DNA of 64,000 nucleotides, from assembly GCF_006345805.1 (NCBI RefSeq), contig NC_043006.1, forward strand, positions 72,726,001-72,790,000, written 5' to 3'. Under the pieces are notes generated by a model. The model made no database searches and was not told the origin of the DNA. It saw nothing but the letters and a program-made list of their open reading frames with translations. The translations under genes were made by a program, and so were the position numbers. Each line of letters opens with the position of its first letter. Position 1 is the first letter of the stretch. Below, one piece after another: positions 26,853 through 38,399 of this stretch. This DNA comes from Octopus sinensis (taxonomy: Eukaryota).

Positions 26853-29001
26853 GCTCAATCACCTACCGAATACTATAAACAAAAACACCATACTGGTATC
26901 CTTCGATGTAGTCAACCTCTACTCCAATATCCCCCACAACCTAGGACTAGAGGCAATCCAATTCTGGCTAGAGAATCACGCCAACGAACTACCACACCGC
27001 ATCAAAAAAGAATTTGTGATAGAAGGGGTTAAATTCATCCTGGAAAATAACTTCTTCGCCTTCAATGACAACTTCTACCGACAAAAATCAGGGACTGCGA
27101 TGGGTACATGAATGGCCCCCTCCTTTGCCAACCTAGTCATAGGATACCTAGAGATCAGTCTGTATCGTAAGGTTCTAGAAAGATATGGCAGCCCTTTCTC
27201 CATCTACATAGAAAACAACTGGAAGAGATATCTAGATGACTGTTTCATCCTTTGGCATAAAAATATAGAAAAACTCATAGAATTCCAGAAAATTTTAAAC
27301 GGACTGGACGTAAACATCCAATTCACGATGGAATATAGCCAACAACAACTCCCCTTCCTCGATATCCTCATTAAGAAAGCTAATAATATAATAGAAACAG
27401 ACATATACTATAAGCCTACAGACTCTAAGCAATATCTTCCATTCAATTCATGCCACCCCAGACACACCAGGATGAATATCCCCTTCAATCTAGCAAAAAG
27501 GATATGCACTATAGTCTCTAACGCAAACACCAGAGACACACGACTACAAGAACTAAAAGATACCCTTATCACCAGGAACTATCCACCTTCACTTATTGAC
27601 AAGTGCATTCAACGTGCCCTTCAACTTAACATCAAGGAACTGAGACATCCCAAATCAAAGAAAAACTTACAACCAAAAGCCTTACCATACATCTCCACAC
27701 ACAACCCTCTCAATAACGAAGCCTTCGACACCATCCTCCACAACATACCCCTCCTAAAAAAAGACCACAGAATGAACACAATCCTCCAAACACACACGAT
27801 TATAAAAAGCAAAAGACAGCCTAGATCCATGAAAAGTCTCCTTACACAAGCCCGAATTCACTCTTCAACACAGAAGCCGACAGTAAAAAAATGTGGAAGA
27901 CCCAATTGCGGGATATGCGACTATCTAATTGAGGGATCAGAGTTCTCCTTCAAACAGGGACAACGGTTTACAGTGAAAAGCAACATGTGCTTCGGAGAAC
28001 CTAATATACTCACTAACCTGCTCCGGGTGTCAAGAGCAGTACATAGGCCAAACAAAAAATGGTTTGCGTAAACGAATGGCCCTGCACAGATCCCAGATAA
28101 AAATTCCCCAAAACAGAAAAATAGCTTTTAGCCAACACATAGATACTTGCGCCAACAAAAAAACACCAAACTTCAGAATTTTCCCCCTCTACCAATTTAG
28201 GGACAATACAACCTCGAGACAACGAATAAGTAAAGAAAATCTCTTTATTACAAAATACAAGCCACTTCTTAACGGGTCTACGACAAACAATTAATATACC
28301 TCAACTTTAGAATAAAAGAAATATATACACACACAAATATTACACTCCATAGAATCCATTACTAATCAGCCCCATCACAGCTATACTTACACCCATTCAT
28401 ATTCTCCCTTCTCTGTTTTTTTCTTCTTCTTCTTCCTCTTCTTCTTCATCATCATCATTATCATCATCATCGTCGTCATCATCATCACCACCATCATCAC
28501 CACCATCTTCTCCTTCTCCTTCTTCTTCTTCATCATCATCATCATCAACATCGTCATCTTCTTCTTCTTCTACTTCTCCACCTTCCACCCCTTAACCTTG
28601 TCACTAATGTCTTTCAGTATAACGCCTACGCAAATTCCATAAACAATTCCTGAATTGAACTGCGACTACTGTCAGCCACTGACCATTCAAAATACGACCA
28701 TTAAGGCATTCCCAGATTTCCCCACCCCCTCTCCACATCAGCCTCATTATTCTTCACCTATCCTACCAAGAACTCAAAACGACCTCGAACACACAAGTGC
28801 AAACAAGGGAGTCAGAGAAGGCAGAATGATACTTATATCTGAACACTACTACAGAAATATTCTTTTAAAAAAACTTTTCTTCTAATTTTTCTAAATTTAA
28901 TTATTTAATCGTTACAGTTGAAAAGGTCTCAAAATGACCGAAACCGGTACTGAAAGATTCACTATAAAATTATCTTAGCATTTTCTATTTTTGACTTGTT
29001 T

Positions 29002-29005
<4 letters not shown>
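26851..29005 (+). mobile_element. 5'-truncated Penelope-like retroelement (RT + C-terminal GIY-YIG), Neptune-like
   Basis: RT motifs LVSFDVVNLYSNIPH, GTAMGT*MAPS and RYLDDCF. Cys linker CGRPNCGIC. A frameshifted GIY-YIG domain NLIYSLTCSGCQEQYIGQT...KYKPLLN ends at 28294. In-frame TGA at 27109-27111 and a frameshift near 27985. Inserted in (TA)n, antisense within an intron of the minus-strand gene. Clade call rests on the Cys linker and microsatellite target. Confidence 0.9.
28912..28955 (+). ncRNA. Minimal type-I hammerhead ribozyme, U3-A8 variant, in the Penelope 3' tail
   Basis: tta-cag | TTGAAAA | GGTC-tcaaaat-GACC | GAAA | CCGG | TA | ctg-aaa. Stem I, stem II, the palindromic stem III (ACCGGT) and the UH site are all in register. 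Confidence 0.8.
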
Positions 29006-29071
<66 letters not shown>

Positions 29072-29799
29072 ATATGTATATATGTATGTATATATGTATG
29101 TATGTATGTATGTGTGTGTATATGTTTGTGTGTCTGTGCTTGTCCACCCAACATCGCTTGACAACCGATGCTGGTGTGTTTACGTCCATGTAACTAAGTG
29201 GTTTGGCTAAAGTGACTGATAGAGTAAGTACTATGCTCACAAAGAATCAATCCTGGGGTCAGTTTGCTTGACTAAAGGTAGTACTTCAGCATGGCCAAGT
29301 CATTTGACTGAAACAAGTAAAAGAATAAAAGAATATATATATATAATATTTTAAAATTTTATCTTTTACTTGTTTTAATCATTGGACTGTGGCCATGTTG
29401 GGGCACCATCTTGAAGGGTTTTAGTCAAACAAATCAAACCCAGTACTTAATTTTGTTTTTAATGTTTGGTACTTATTTTATTGGTTTTCTTTTGTTGAAC
29501 TGTTAAGTTACAGAGATATAAACAGTTCAGCACTGGTTGTCAAGCAGTGTGGGACAAACACAATAATACACACTGGCATTCTGTTGGTCACAATAACAAG
29601 GGTTCCAGTTGACCTGCTCATGAAATTAATGTGCAAATGGCTAAGCACTCCAAAGACATGCATACCCTGACCCCTTAAATATTTAAACAGGCCATATCCG
29701 ATCAAAATATTCTACCCATTTTATGTTTAAACTTGGCCATATCCAGCCTTTCACAAATACCTTTCAAAGTAATTCTAAAAATAAATTTTTTTGGTGATA

Positions 29800-30300
29800 A
29801 ACTTATTGTATAGAGTGTTCAGCTGCACTACAGCTCATCAATAAAAGTAACCAAAAATGCACAAAAACACATAGAATAATGCACAGGGAGTGAATAGTAA
29901 ATGAGTCACTAAATAAAAAGAAAGTTAGAGGAGTATCAGGTGCACTGTTGGCAAATTTCAGGAAGCATGGAAGTTTTGAAGGATGCAGTGCCCTGACATC
30001 CAGCCACTGATGTGGGTAGTTTATTCCATGCTTCAGCAATTCTAAGTGTGAAAAAATGTTTCTGAAAGTCATGGGTGCTGTGTTGCTTTTTGATTTTGTA
30101 AGCATGTCCATGAGCATTAGACATTGGAAATTCAAAAAGGGGCCCAAGGTTGTTGTTGGAAAGGTGGTAGGTGATATCTTGCAGGTGACTTGCAAGTCAG
30201 TTGTCCAACCTTGGAACTTTAATGCATTCATGCCAAGGGTTCAGAGTATGGTAGATGTCTGACGGACGGTTGCATGTTTCTGAACAGTTTCCAGGAGATT
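29800..30300 (-). mobile_element. CR1-type LINE 3' fragment
   Basis: SNAHGHAYKIKKQHSTHDFQKHFFTLRIAEAWNKLPTSV is a CR1-like RT C-terminus. Homologous copies lie at about 50060-50330 (-) and 54450-54790 (+). Confidence 0.75.
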
Positions 30301-30373
30301 GGTCATAATTAATATTAAAAAAAAAAGCAAGTATCATACATAGTACCAAAAAGAACTTCAAGTAACCACATAC

Positions 30374-30578
30374 CTTTAGCAGCTTCAGCTGTGACTTTAG
30401 CTTCTGGTTTTACTCTGGGAGCAGGTCTGTAAGAGGCAGGTTCATTTACAGAATGGTGTAATAAAGTTGATATTTTCCAATTTGGTTGAGAGTTACTCCG
30501 TTCTTCAGTTTTTTTGTGGTTTTCATTTTGTTGGTTGTTAGAACACAGAAGATTCGCCATTGCATTACCTTTCTGGCT
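30374..30578 (-). CDS. Uncharacterised repeat protein, exon B
   Basis: Donor AAG|GTATGT. Acceptor tatAG at 30580-30579 after a pyrimidine tract (exact acceptor less certain). 205 nt, phase 0 to 1. Encodes SQKGNAMANLL...PAPRVKPEAKVTAEAAK and completes the repeat begun at the end of exon A. Confidence 0.75.
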
Positions 30579-31649
30579 CTATACTCAGAATTCATTTGAA
30601 AGGACAAAGATAAAATTAAACCTCTTTCAGCATTCAGAATCCATACCATTTTTGATGTCAAAATAGATACACAGGTATACTTGAAACATCCTAATCTCAA
30701 CAGCACATATATAACCAAAAGATTATTTAGCGTGCAGGTGTGGCTGTATGGTAAAAGCTTACTTCCCAATCTCATGGTTCCAGGTCCAGACCCACTGCAT
30801 GACACCTTGGGCAAGTGCCTTCTACTATAGCCTTAGACCCACCAAAGCCTTGTGAGTGGATCTGGTGGATGGAAACTGAAAGAAGCCTATCACATATATC
30901 TATGTATGTGTGTCTTTGTGTCTGTGTTTGTCTCACATCACCACTTGACAAATGGTGTTGGTTTGTTTACATCCCTATAACTTAGCAGGTAAGCAAAAGG
31001 GACAGATAGAAGTACCAGGCTTTAAAAACTTAAGTACTAGGGTTGATTCATTCAATTAAAAATTCTTCGATGTGGTGCCCCAGTATGGCCACAGACTAAA
31101 GATCACCTCTTCCAATGCCCCCTCCCCTCATGAGAGTTTTCTTTTTTGTCTTACAAGTACTTGGTGACCCTGTCAGTGCAGGTGCCACTTAAAAGCATCC
31201 AGTCCACACTGTAAAGTGGTTGGTGTTCAGAAGGGCATCCAGCTGTAAAAATCTTGCCAAGACTGACCTCACCTGTGCTTGTGCCATGTAAAAAGCACCA
31301 AGTCAACTCTGTTGAGTAGTTGCTGTGGAAATCCTGCCAAAACAGTCACAGAAGTTTGGTGTAGACTTCTACTAGCCAGCTCTTGTGAAACCATCCTACC
31401 CAAGCTAGCATGGAAGGTGGATGTTAAAGGATGATGATGAAATGATAAGAGGTAATAATAGTACATTAACATTTAAAAACTTAAAGCAACTTTGCTTATA
31501 GGACCATGTCTGTATGTATCTTATGTGCCTTCAAGTATGGTAAAACATAAGGTCCCCTTTTCAATTCTCCCTAAACTGCTAATATAAAAAGCTAATAGAT
31601 TTGTGCCAGTGTGAACATGACTCTGAAAGGTGAGTTATCTCACTTGTTT

Positions 31650-32090
31650 CATCATCATCATCATCATCGTCTAACGTCCGTTTTCCATGCTAGCAAGGCT
31701 TGGACGGTTCAAGCGGGGTCTGGGAAGCCAGGAGGCTGCACCAGGCTCCAGTCTGATCTGGCAGTGTTTCTACAGCTGGATACCCTTCCTAATGCCAACC
31801 ACTCCATGAGTGTAGTGGGTGCTTTTTACCTGCCACCAGCACAGGGACCAGAGGAGGCTGGCAATGGCCATGATCAGTTGGTACTTTTTACGTGACATGG
31901 ACACGGACGCCAGTCAAGGCTGTGCTGGCATTGACCAAGTTCGGATGGTGCTTTTTACGTGCCACTGGCACTGGTATCACAACTACAATTTCCATTTGAT
32001 TTTTATTTTGATGTTGATGTACTTGACTCAAAGGTAAGCACAGCAGGTCATCCTATGATCCAAGGTACTTTGAATGGGCTGGGGCTGGTT
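31650..32090 (-). mobile_element. RTE-associated 3' tail repeat ending in (GAT)n
   Basis: Recurrent block CATCATCGT(C/T)TAACGTCCG...GGATGCCCTTCCTAACGCCAACCACT. Further copies at about 35940-36215, 37860-38340 and 62460-62900. Confidence 0.6.
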
Positions 32091-32886
32091 ATGTGAAGCT
32101 GGTGTAGGATACGCGGTGAACTCACTTTATTTGTTGGGTTTTTGCAGTCACAGCATATCTCCAGAGGTCTCAGTCTTTCATCATTGCCTCTGTGAGGCCC
32201 AACGTTCGAAGGTCATGCTTGACCACCTCATCCCATGTCTTCCTGGGTCTACCTCTACCCCGGATTCCTTCAACTGTTTTATATCCATTTATTTACATTT
32301 TATTTTTCACTTGCTTTGCAGGCATTGGACTGCGATCATGCTGGAGCACCACCTTGAAGGGTTTAGTTGAAAAAAATCAACTCCAGTACCTATTTTAAAA
32401 TCTGGAACTTAGTCTACCAGATGCTTTTGCCAAACCACTAAGTTATAGGGACAAAAACAAACCAACACTGGTTAGCAAGTGTTGGTGGGGACAAATGCAA
32501 AAAACACAAACACAAGGATACATTTATATATATGTATATATGATAGTCTGCCACAATTTCTGTCTACTATATTTACTCACAAGGCAATGGTCAGTCCAGA
32601 GCTATAGAAAATACTTGCCCAAGATGCAATGTAGTGGGACTGAACCCACTACCATGTGGTTACAAAGTTACTTTGGTTATCACACAGCAATTTATTTTTT
32701 CCAAATTATACTATCTATTTTGGAACAATAAATTCATTGGTTGTAGGTTTCTAAAGGGCCAATTATTGCTTCATTAATTTTCCACTAGTAATTATGACAA
32801 GTGAATGTCTGCACAACTCTGGCAGAACAGATAGCACAAAGTATTCATTTTTGTTCAAAACACACGAACACATACACACACACATG

Positions 32887-32926
<40 letters not shown>

Positions 32927-33157
32927 TCATTTGCCAATTTCTTCTCCTGATAACAGGAACGAGTCTTAGCTTAATGCCATGGATATGCAACCATTTACTG
33001 GTTGCATATCCATGACTATTTACCCATTCCATTTGCTTATTATGAACATTACGATTATTATATAATTATGAGCTCCCAGAAACAGCTGTCAAATAAAACG
33101 TTTATGCACTCTCTCCTTAGCATTCTGTATCTTTTATGGTCCATGTAAATGTAAATT

Positions 33158-33202
<45 letters not shown>

Positions 33203-33213
33203 CCTCTCCTCTC

Positions 33214-33244
<31 letters not shown>

Positions 33245-33268
33245 ATCTCTCCTTCTTCTCTTCTCTCG

Positions 33269-33308
<40 letters not shown>

Positions 33309-33715
33309 ATATATATATATATATATACACACATACATATATATAGATATCTCAATGCTTGTACATATGTGTTTATCTTCTGAATATATTTAGTTATTTG
33401 TAACTCTCTCCGCTCTCTCTCTCTCTTTATGTGTGTGTGTGTGTATCTATATGTGAGCATGTATATATGTATATTTATATATATCAAGCCTATTCATGTT
33501 TATTTAAATTACTGTCTCCACATACAAAACGCACACATATATATGTATGTATAAATACGTTTCCCTAATCATAGCTGGGAGAGTAGCAACTCCAAATAAG
33601 CAGCAACCTATCCAACCCCTTCCAGGATGCAAAGCAAATATAAAATGCTGCAGCTTTTGTATATATATATATATATATATATATACAAGAAAAAAGCAAC
33701 AAAAATGGATCAATA

Positions 33716-33805
33716 TTTCGGTACAATTGTTTCGTACGAAGACCAGCTTTATTAAGGCTGCAAATATTGCAGCAAATACAGGTGACCCGTACTCATCAGT
33801 CGAAA
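33716..33805 (-). ncRNA. Hammerhead ribozyme with a 49-nt stem II insertion
   Basis: Minus strand: tttcga | CTGATGA | GTACG-[49 nt incl. gctgcaa-tat-ttgcagc hairpin]-CGTAC | GAAA | CAATTG | TA | ccgaaa. Canonical core with palindromic stem III; the first stem I pair is an A/C mismatch. Followed by a U-rich tail and (TA)n. Confidence 0.75.
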
Positions 33806-35039
33806 AAACATCTGAGTTCTCCAAACATCTAACATCAGGGATAGTTCTATAAAAATCAGATTTAGATAATAAACGGACTTCCAAAGTTCTTTAATGTTGC
33901 ACAGTCATATAACAGGTTTTTAAAAAGTATTTTAAAAAACCTCTTATTTTCACAGAAAATGAAAATGTAAAACCATCCATAATGAAGTAGATTTGATTTC
34001 TGGAGATATGAGGAGAGATTTCATGAAATATAGATTTCTGGTGCATCTAAGTTAAGTACTGCATTCATGTGAATTCAACAGAACTCACTTGAATCTTAAT
34101 TGCTTTTACTATCTATATATATATATCGTTATCATCATTTAACATCCTTTTTGCATGCTGACATGGGTTGGACAATTTGACAGAGAAAGACCAAGTATAG
34201 GGGTCCACCAGGTTCTGTCTGTCTGTCTGTCTGTATGTATGTATGTATGTATGTATGTATGTATGAGGTCCCAACTATACACGAGACAAAATAAGTACAT
34301 GTTAAAGGGACCAAGGCTGTATTTAAAATAATTGTGGGGATTAACCTGGTGGGTGAAAAATAAGCTATATTTAATACAGTTGTAAGGATTAGCCTAGAAG
34401 AAAACAAAAATTCTCATTTAATATTTCACATTTAGCATTTATTGTGTCTCACTGTCTTGTCATTTCAACAATGGAAGTGCTGAGAGAAGGCCATTGTTAG
34501 ATTGTACATAGAACATCAGTAGCCCTTAATCTGGTTTTCACACACACACACACACACACACATACACAAACACACACACACAAATACACACACACACAAA
34601 CACACACACACACACACACAAACAAACAAACAAACAAGGAGAACATTTGTGGTGAATTAATGCAGAATTTAAATCTCTTGTACACTGACTGTAAATCCTC
34701 ATTTGTACCTATGAGGTACACTTGTACCTAGGTACATTTCAGGAATGTACCTACAAATTTACATAAAAACTAGAAATAGTATGTTTTTTAGAGAAAGAGC
34801 AAAAAAAACTGATGCGCATTCTCTAAATCCTATCTATTAGTGCCAAAATGAAGATTTGTAAGATGGGTGTATGTATAAACAACTCAACTAACATACCAGT
34901 TCAACCACATATTTTAAAATATTGGGAACTTTCTTAACCCTAAAAGTCTTGTCACTTTGTTAGCAACTGGCATGAACTCTTTTGAGAAGAACTTAAACAA
35001 AACACACACATTCACATGCATATATTTTTGTTTACATAC

Positions 35040-35385
35040 CTCAGCAATTGACAATGCTTCTGGTCTGATTCGGGTTTGGTTTGGAGTGTCAGGACGAGGG
35101 GTGGCCTGGCAGTGAATAATTTTACTTACAGATCCTTGCTGGCTGTAAACTAAATTTTCTCTGGATGCTTGTGAAGGGCATCTGGATTTTACATTATTAT
35201 TTCTGTTATTCCCTGTAAAATAAGAAGACTCAAAGAGATTTAAAGATCCCTTATGCATTGTTGCATATTCCTCTGCTTCAGGACGGACCCTTGAATTTGA
35301 CATTGGACGAGCATTCTTTGGCTGGAGATCAAACCCAGGATAAGGTCCTTGACAACTCTCATGAAGTCCTCTGGCTGTCATTGTT
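35040..35385 (-). CDS. Uncharacterised repeat protein, exon A (possible ATG at 35381-35379)
   Basis: Minus-strand acceptor ttttttttttacAG (AG at 35387-35386) and donor GAG|GTATGT. Open frame TMTARGLHESCQG...RVRPEAEEYATMHKGSLNLF...RIRPEALSIAE, ending in phase 0. Confidence 0.8.
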
Positions 35386-35427
35386 CTGTAAAAAAAAAAA
35401 GAAATTAAAAATAAGAATATGAAAAAA

Positions 35428-35489
<62 letters not shown>

Positions 35490-36280
35490 TATTGGTTTCA
35501 GTAGCAATCAAACCTTTGTGTTCTTTTACTCTTTTGTTGGTTCCACTTGCTGGACTGGGGCTATGATGGAGCATTGCATTAAAGGTTATTAGTCTATCAT
35601 GTCAACCCATTCAATCCAGTAGTTATTTTATCAAACCATTGTTTGTTAAATGGCTAAGTTAGCTTTCCAAAAGAAGGGACATAGCTAATTTAATAGTTGT
35701 ACACACACACACACACGTACAGAGTCAACAGATGAGATCTGGAGATTCTTGGTATAGAAAACACTTAGCAGCACTCAAATGATTTGAGCTTAAACTCCAA
35801 TGTCTTTATGAGAGACCAATTCTGTTGGGTAAAGAGTGGCTATAAGATGAGCAGATACAGAGGCAATTATGCAGATAAACAAATTAAATCTAACAGCTTG
35901 GGTTTGAAATACAATATATATTTATATATATATATATATGCCAGCCTCGCCTGGCCCCCGTGCCGGTGGCACGTAAAAAGCACCATTCGACCGTGGCCGT
36001 TTGCCAGCCCCGTCTGGCACCTGTGCCGGTGGCACGTAAAAAGCACCCACTACACTCACGGAGTGGTTGGTGTTAGGAAGGGCATCCAGCCGTAGAAACA
36101 TTGCCAGATCAGACTGGGCCTGGTGCAGCCTTCTGGCTTCCCAGACCCCAGTTGAACCATCCAACCCATGCTAGCATGGAAAGCAGACGCTAAATGATGA
36201 TGATGATGATGATGATATATATCAGACCTATATATGTTTCAACTGCAGATATGTATATGTATATATATATATAGAGAGAG

Positions 36281-36352
<72 letters not shown>

Positions 36353-36889
36353 TAGACAGATATGTAGATTGATATTGTAGATAGACAGACAGAGAGCACA
36401 TGTATAGCATGTGTGTGTGTATGTAGTATTGGTGACATTATATGAATGTTTGACCTATTGACTGGTAAGCTAATACATTGAAAAGCTCACTCAGTTCAAT
36501 TGCTTTCAGGAGTAAAAAACGAGAAATTTGGAGTCTTTGTCCTTCGTCTGAAAATGAAAAAAATGGATAGATAGATAGAGAGATAGAGAGAGGGGGGAGA
36601 GAGAGAGAGAGAGAGTTTTGCTGCTTTGGTCACCATTCTGCTAACTTCATTCACAAAAACTCCCTTGAGTCAAACCTACCACAAAATTTGAACATAGAAT
36701 AATGAGGGAGAAGCTAAAGGCTAAGATATGATAGAGGGACAATGTAACTATTTATTGTAAATATGGTAAAATCTTGAATCTCTGGAAACTGGTGATGTTC
36801 TATGACAACAAAGTTAATCTATAGGAGAATTCATAAAAAAAGTTCAGCAGGAATGGAAAATATCCAGCAACTTAAATACTTGTCTTTTT

Positions 36890-36958
<69 letters not shown>

Positions 36959-37879
36959 TAGAGGTACCATTTTCTATTTCAAGCTTTTGTCCTTTTTTGA
37001 GAATGTGGAAGCTCAAGGCTTAGTGGTTAGGGTGATGGATTCATGATTGTAAGACTGTAGTTTTGATTCCTGGACTCGATGATGTGTTATGTTCTCGAGC
37101 CAAACACTTCATTTCATATTGCTCCAGTCCAAGCTGGCAAAATGAGTAATCCTGCAACAGAGCGATGTCCCATCCAGGATGGTGGAGGGAGGTATATATG
37201 TGCCATGGGAACCAGAGAAACCAGCCCTGTGAGTCTATATGACTCAGGAAGGATCTCTCTCTCTCTCTCTCTTTCTCTCTCATTTCCAAGGTAATAAAAT
37301 TGCTAATGAGAAAAGGAAAGAGGTAAAGGAGTGAGTGGCACAGAAAAGTTGAAGAGGAGGGGGAAACTAATTCAAGATCGTGTGAGTAGTGTGGGAGATG
37401 GTGCAAGCAGAGTTGGAGGTGGTGTGAGGCTAGGGTAGCAGTACAATGGTCGAGGAAGTAAAATGCTAAGAAGGAGTGGCTGAAGTTTGTAGCATGATCT
37501 GGCATGTGCTGGTTGCTTCTAATGTGACACCAGAAAGAATGCTTTTTATGTGGCACCAGCACAGAAATCTTTTAGGCCAATCCCCTTCACTAGGATGAGT
37601 AACCTTAACACTTCTGCTGTGGAGTTTGGGTCTTCTTGAGTACAGGAAGGCATCATGTATCTCAGTCCTTTGTCATTTCGTTTGAAAGGTTCAGTGTCTT
37701 GAGGTTGTCCTTCAGTACTTTGTCCCATGTCTTCCTGGGTCACCCACTTCAACATGTTCCAATCACTTTGAGAGATTGGCACTTTTTTATGGAGCTGTTG
37801 GCATCCATCTGCATCACATGGCCAAACCAGTGCAGTCTTCTCTCTTGCTCATCATCATCACCGTCACCATCACCATCAC

Positions 37880-37933
<54 letters not shown>

Positions 37934-38399
37934 TTAACGTCCGTTTTCCGTGCTAGCATGGGTTGGACGGTTCGACCGGGGTCTGGGAAGCCAGGAGGCT
38001 GCACCATGCTCCAGTCTGATCTGGCAATGTTTCTACAGCTGGATGCCCTTCCTAACGCCAACCACTCCGTGAGTGTAGTGGGCACTTTTTACGTGCCACT
38101 GGTACAGGTGCCAGGGGAGGCTGGCATCAGTCACGATCGGTTGGTGCTTTTTACATGCCACCAGCACAGAAATCAGTCAAGGCGGCGCTGGCATTGGCCA
38201 CGTTTGGATGATGCTTTTTACGTGCCACCGGCACAGGTATCACAACTACAATTTCCATTTGATATTTATTTTGATGTTGATGTACTTGACTCAAAAGGTC
38301 TCCTCAAGCACAGCAGGTCACCCTACAATCCAAGGTAAGTACAGCTGGTCATTCTGCAATCTAAGGTACTTTGGATGGGCTGGATACCTTCAAATGTTT

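Larger units (their letters stand above)
26610..29335 (+). mobile_element. Composite tRNA-head SINE split by the Penelope-like insertion (halves about 26610-26850 and 29006-29335)
   Basis: The left half ends ...GGAAACTGAAAG...(TA)n. The right half resumes (TA)n...CATCGCTTGACAACCGATGCTGGTG...GAAACAAGTAAAAGAATAAAAG, as in the uninterrupted order seen at 43900-44189. Confidence 0.7.

Noticed and set aside
27109-27111. In-frame TGA in the Penelope RT as a selenocysteine codon
   Set aside because: It falls at the R/K position of GTAMGT-x-MAP and is simply explained by CGA to TGA decay. The copy also has a frameshift and a 5' truncation, and I saw no SECIS.
28397-28588. Acidic poly-D/E ORF on the minus strand
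   Set aside because: It is the antisense reading of (CTT)n/(CAT)n microsatellites in the Penelope 3' tail.
30446-30814. ORF 30446-30814 as exon B, or a micro-exon ATGAATTCT...AAG|GTAATG
   Set aside because: Its 5' part is SINE sequence, the would-be acceptor is TTTCAA rather than AG, and only the other frame completes the protein repeat and matches neighbouring phases.
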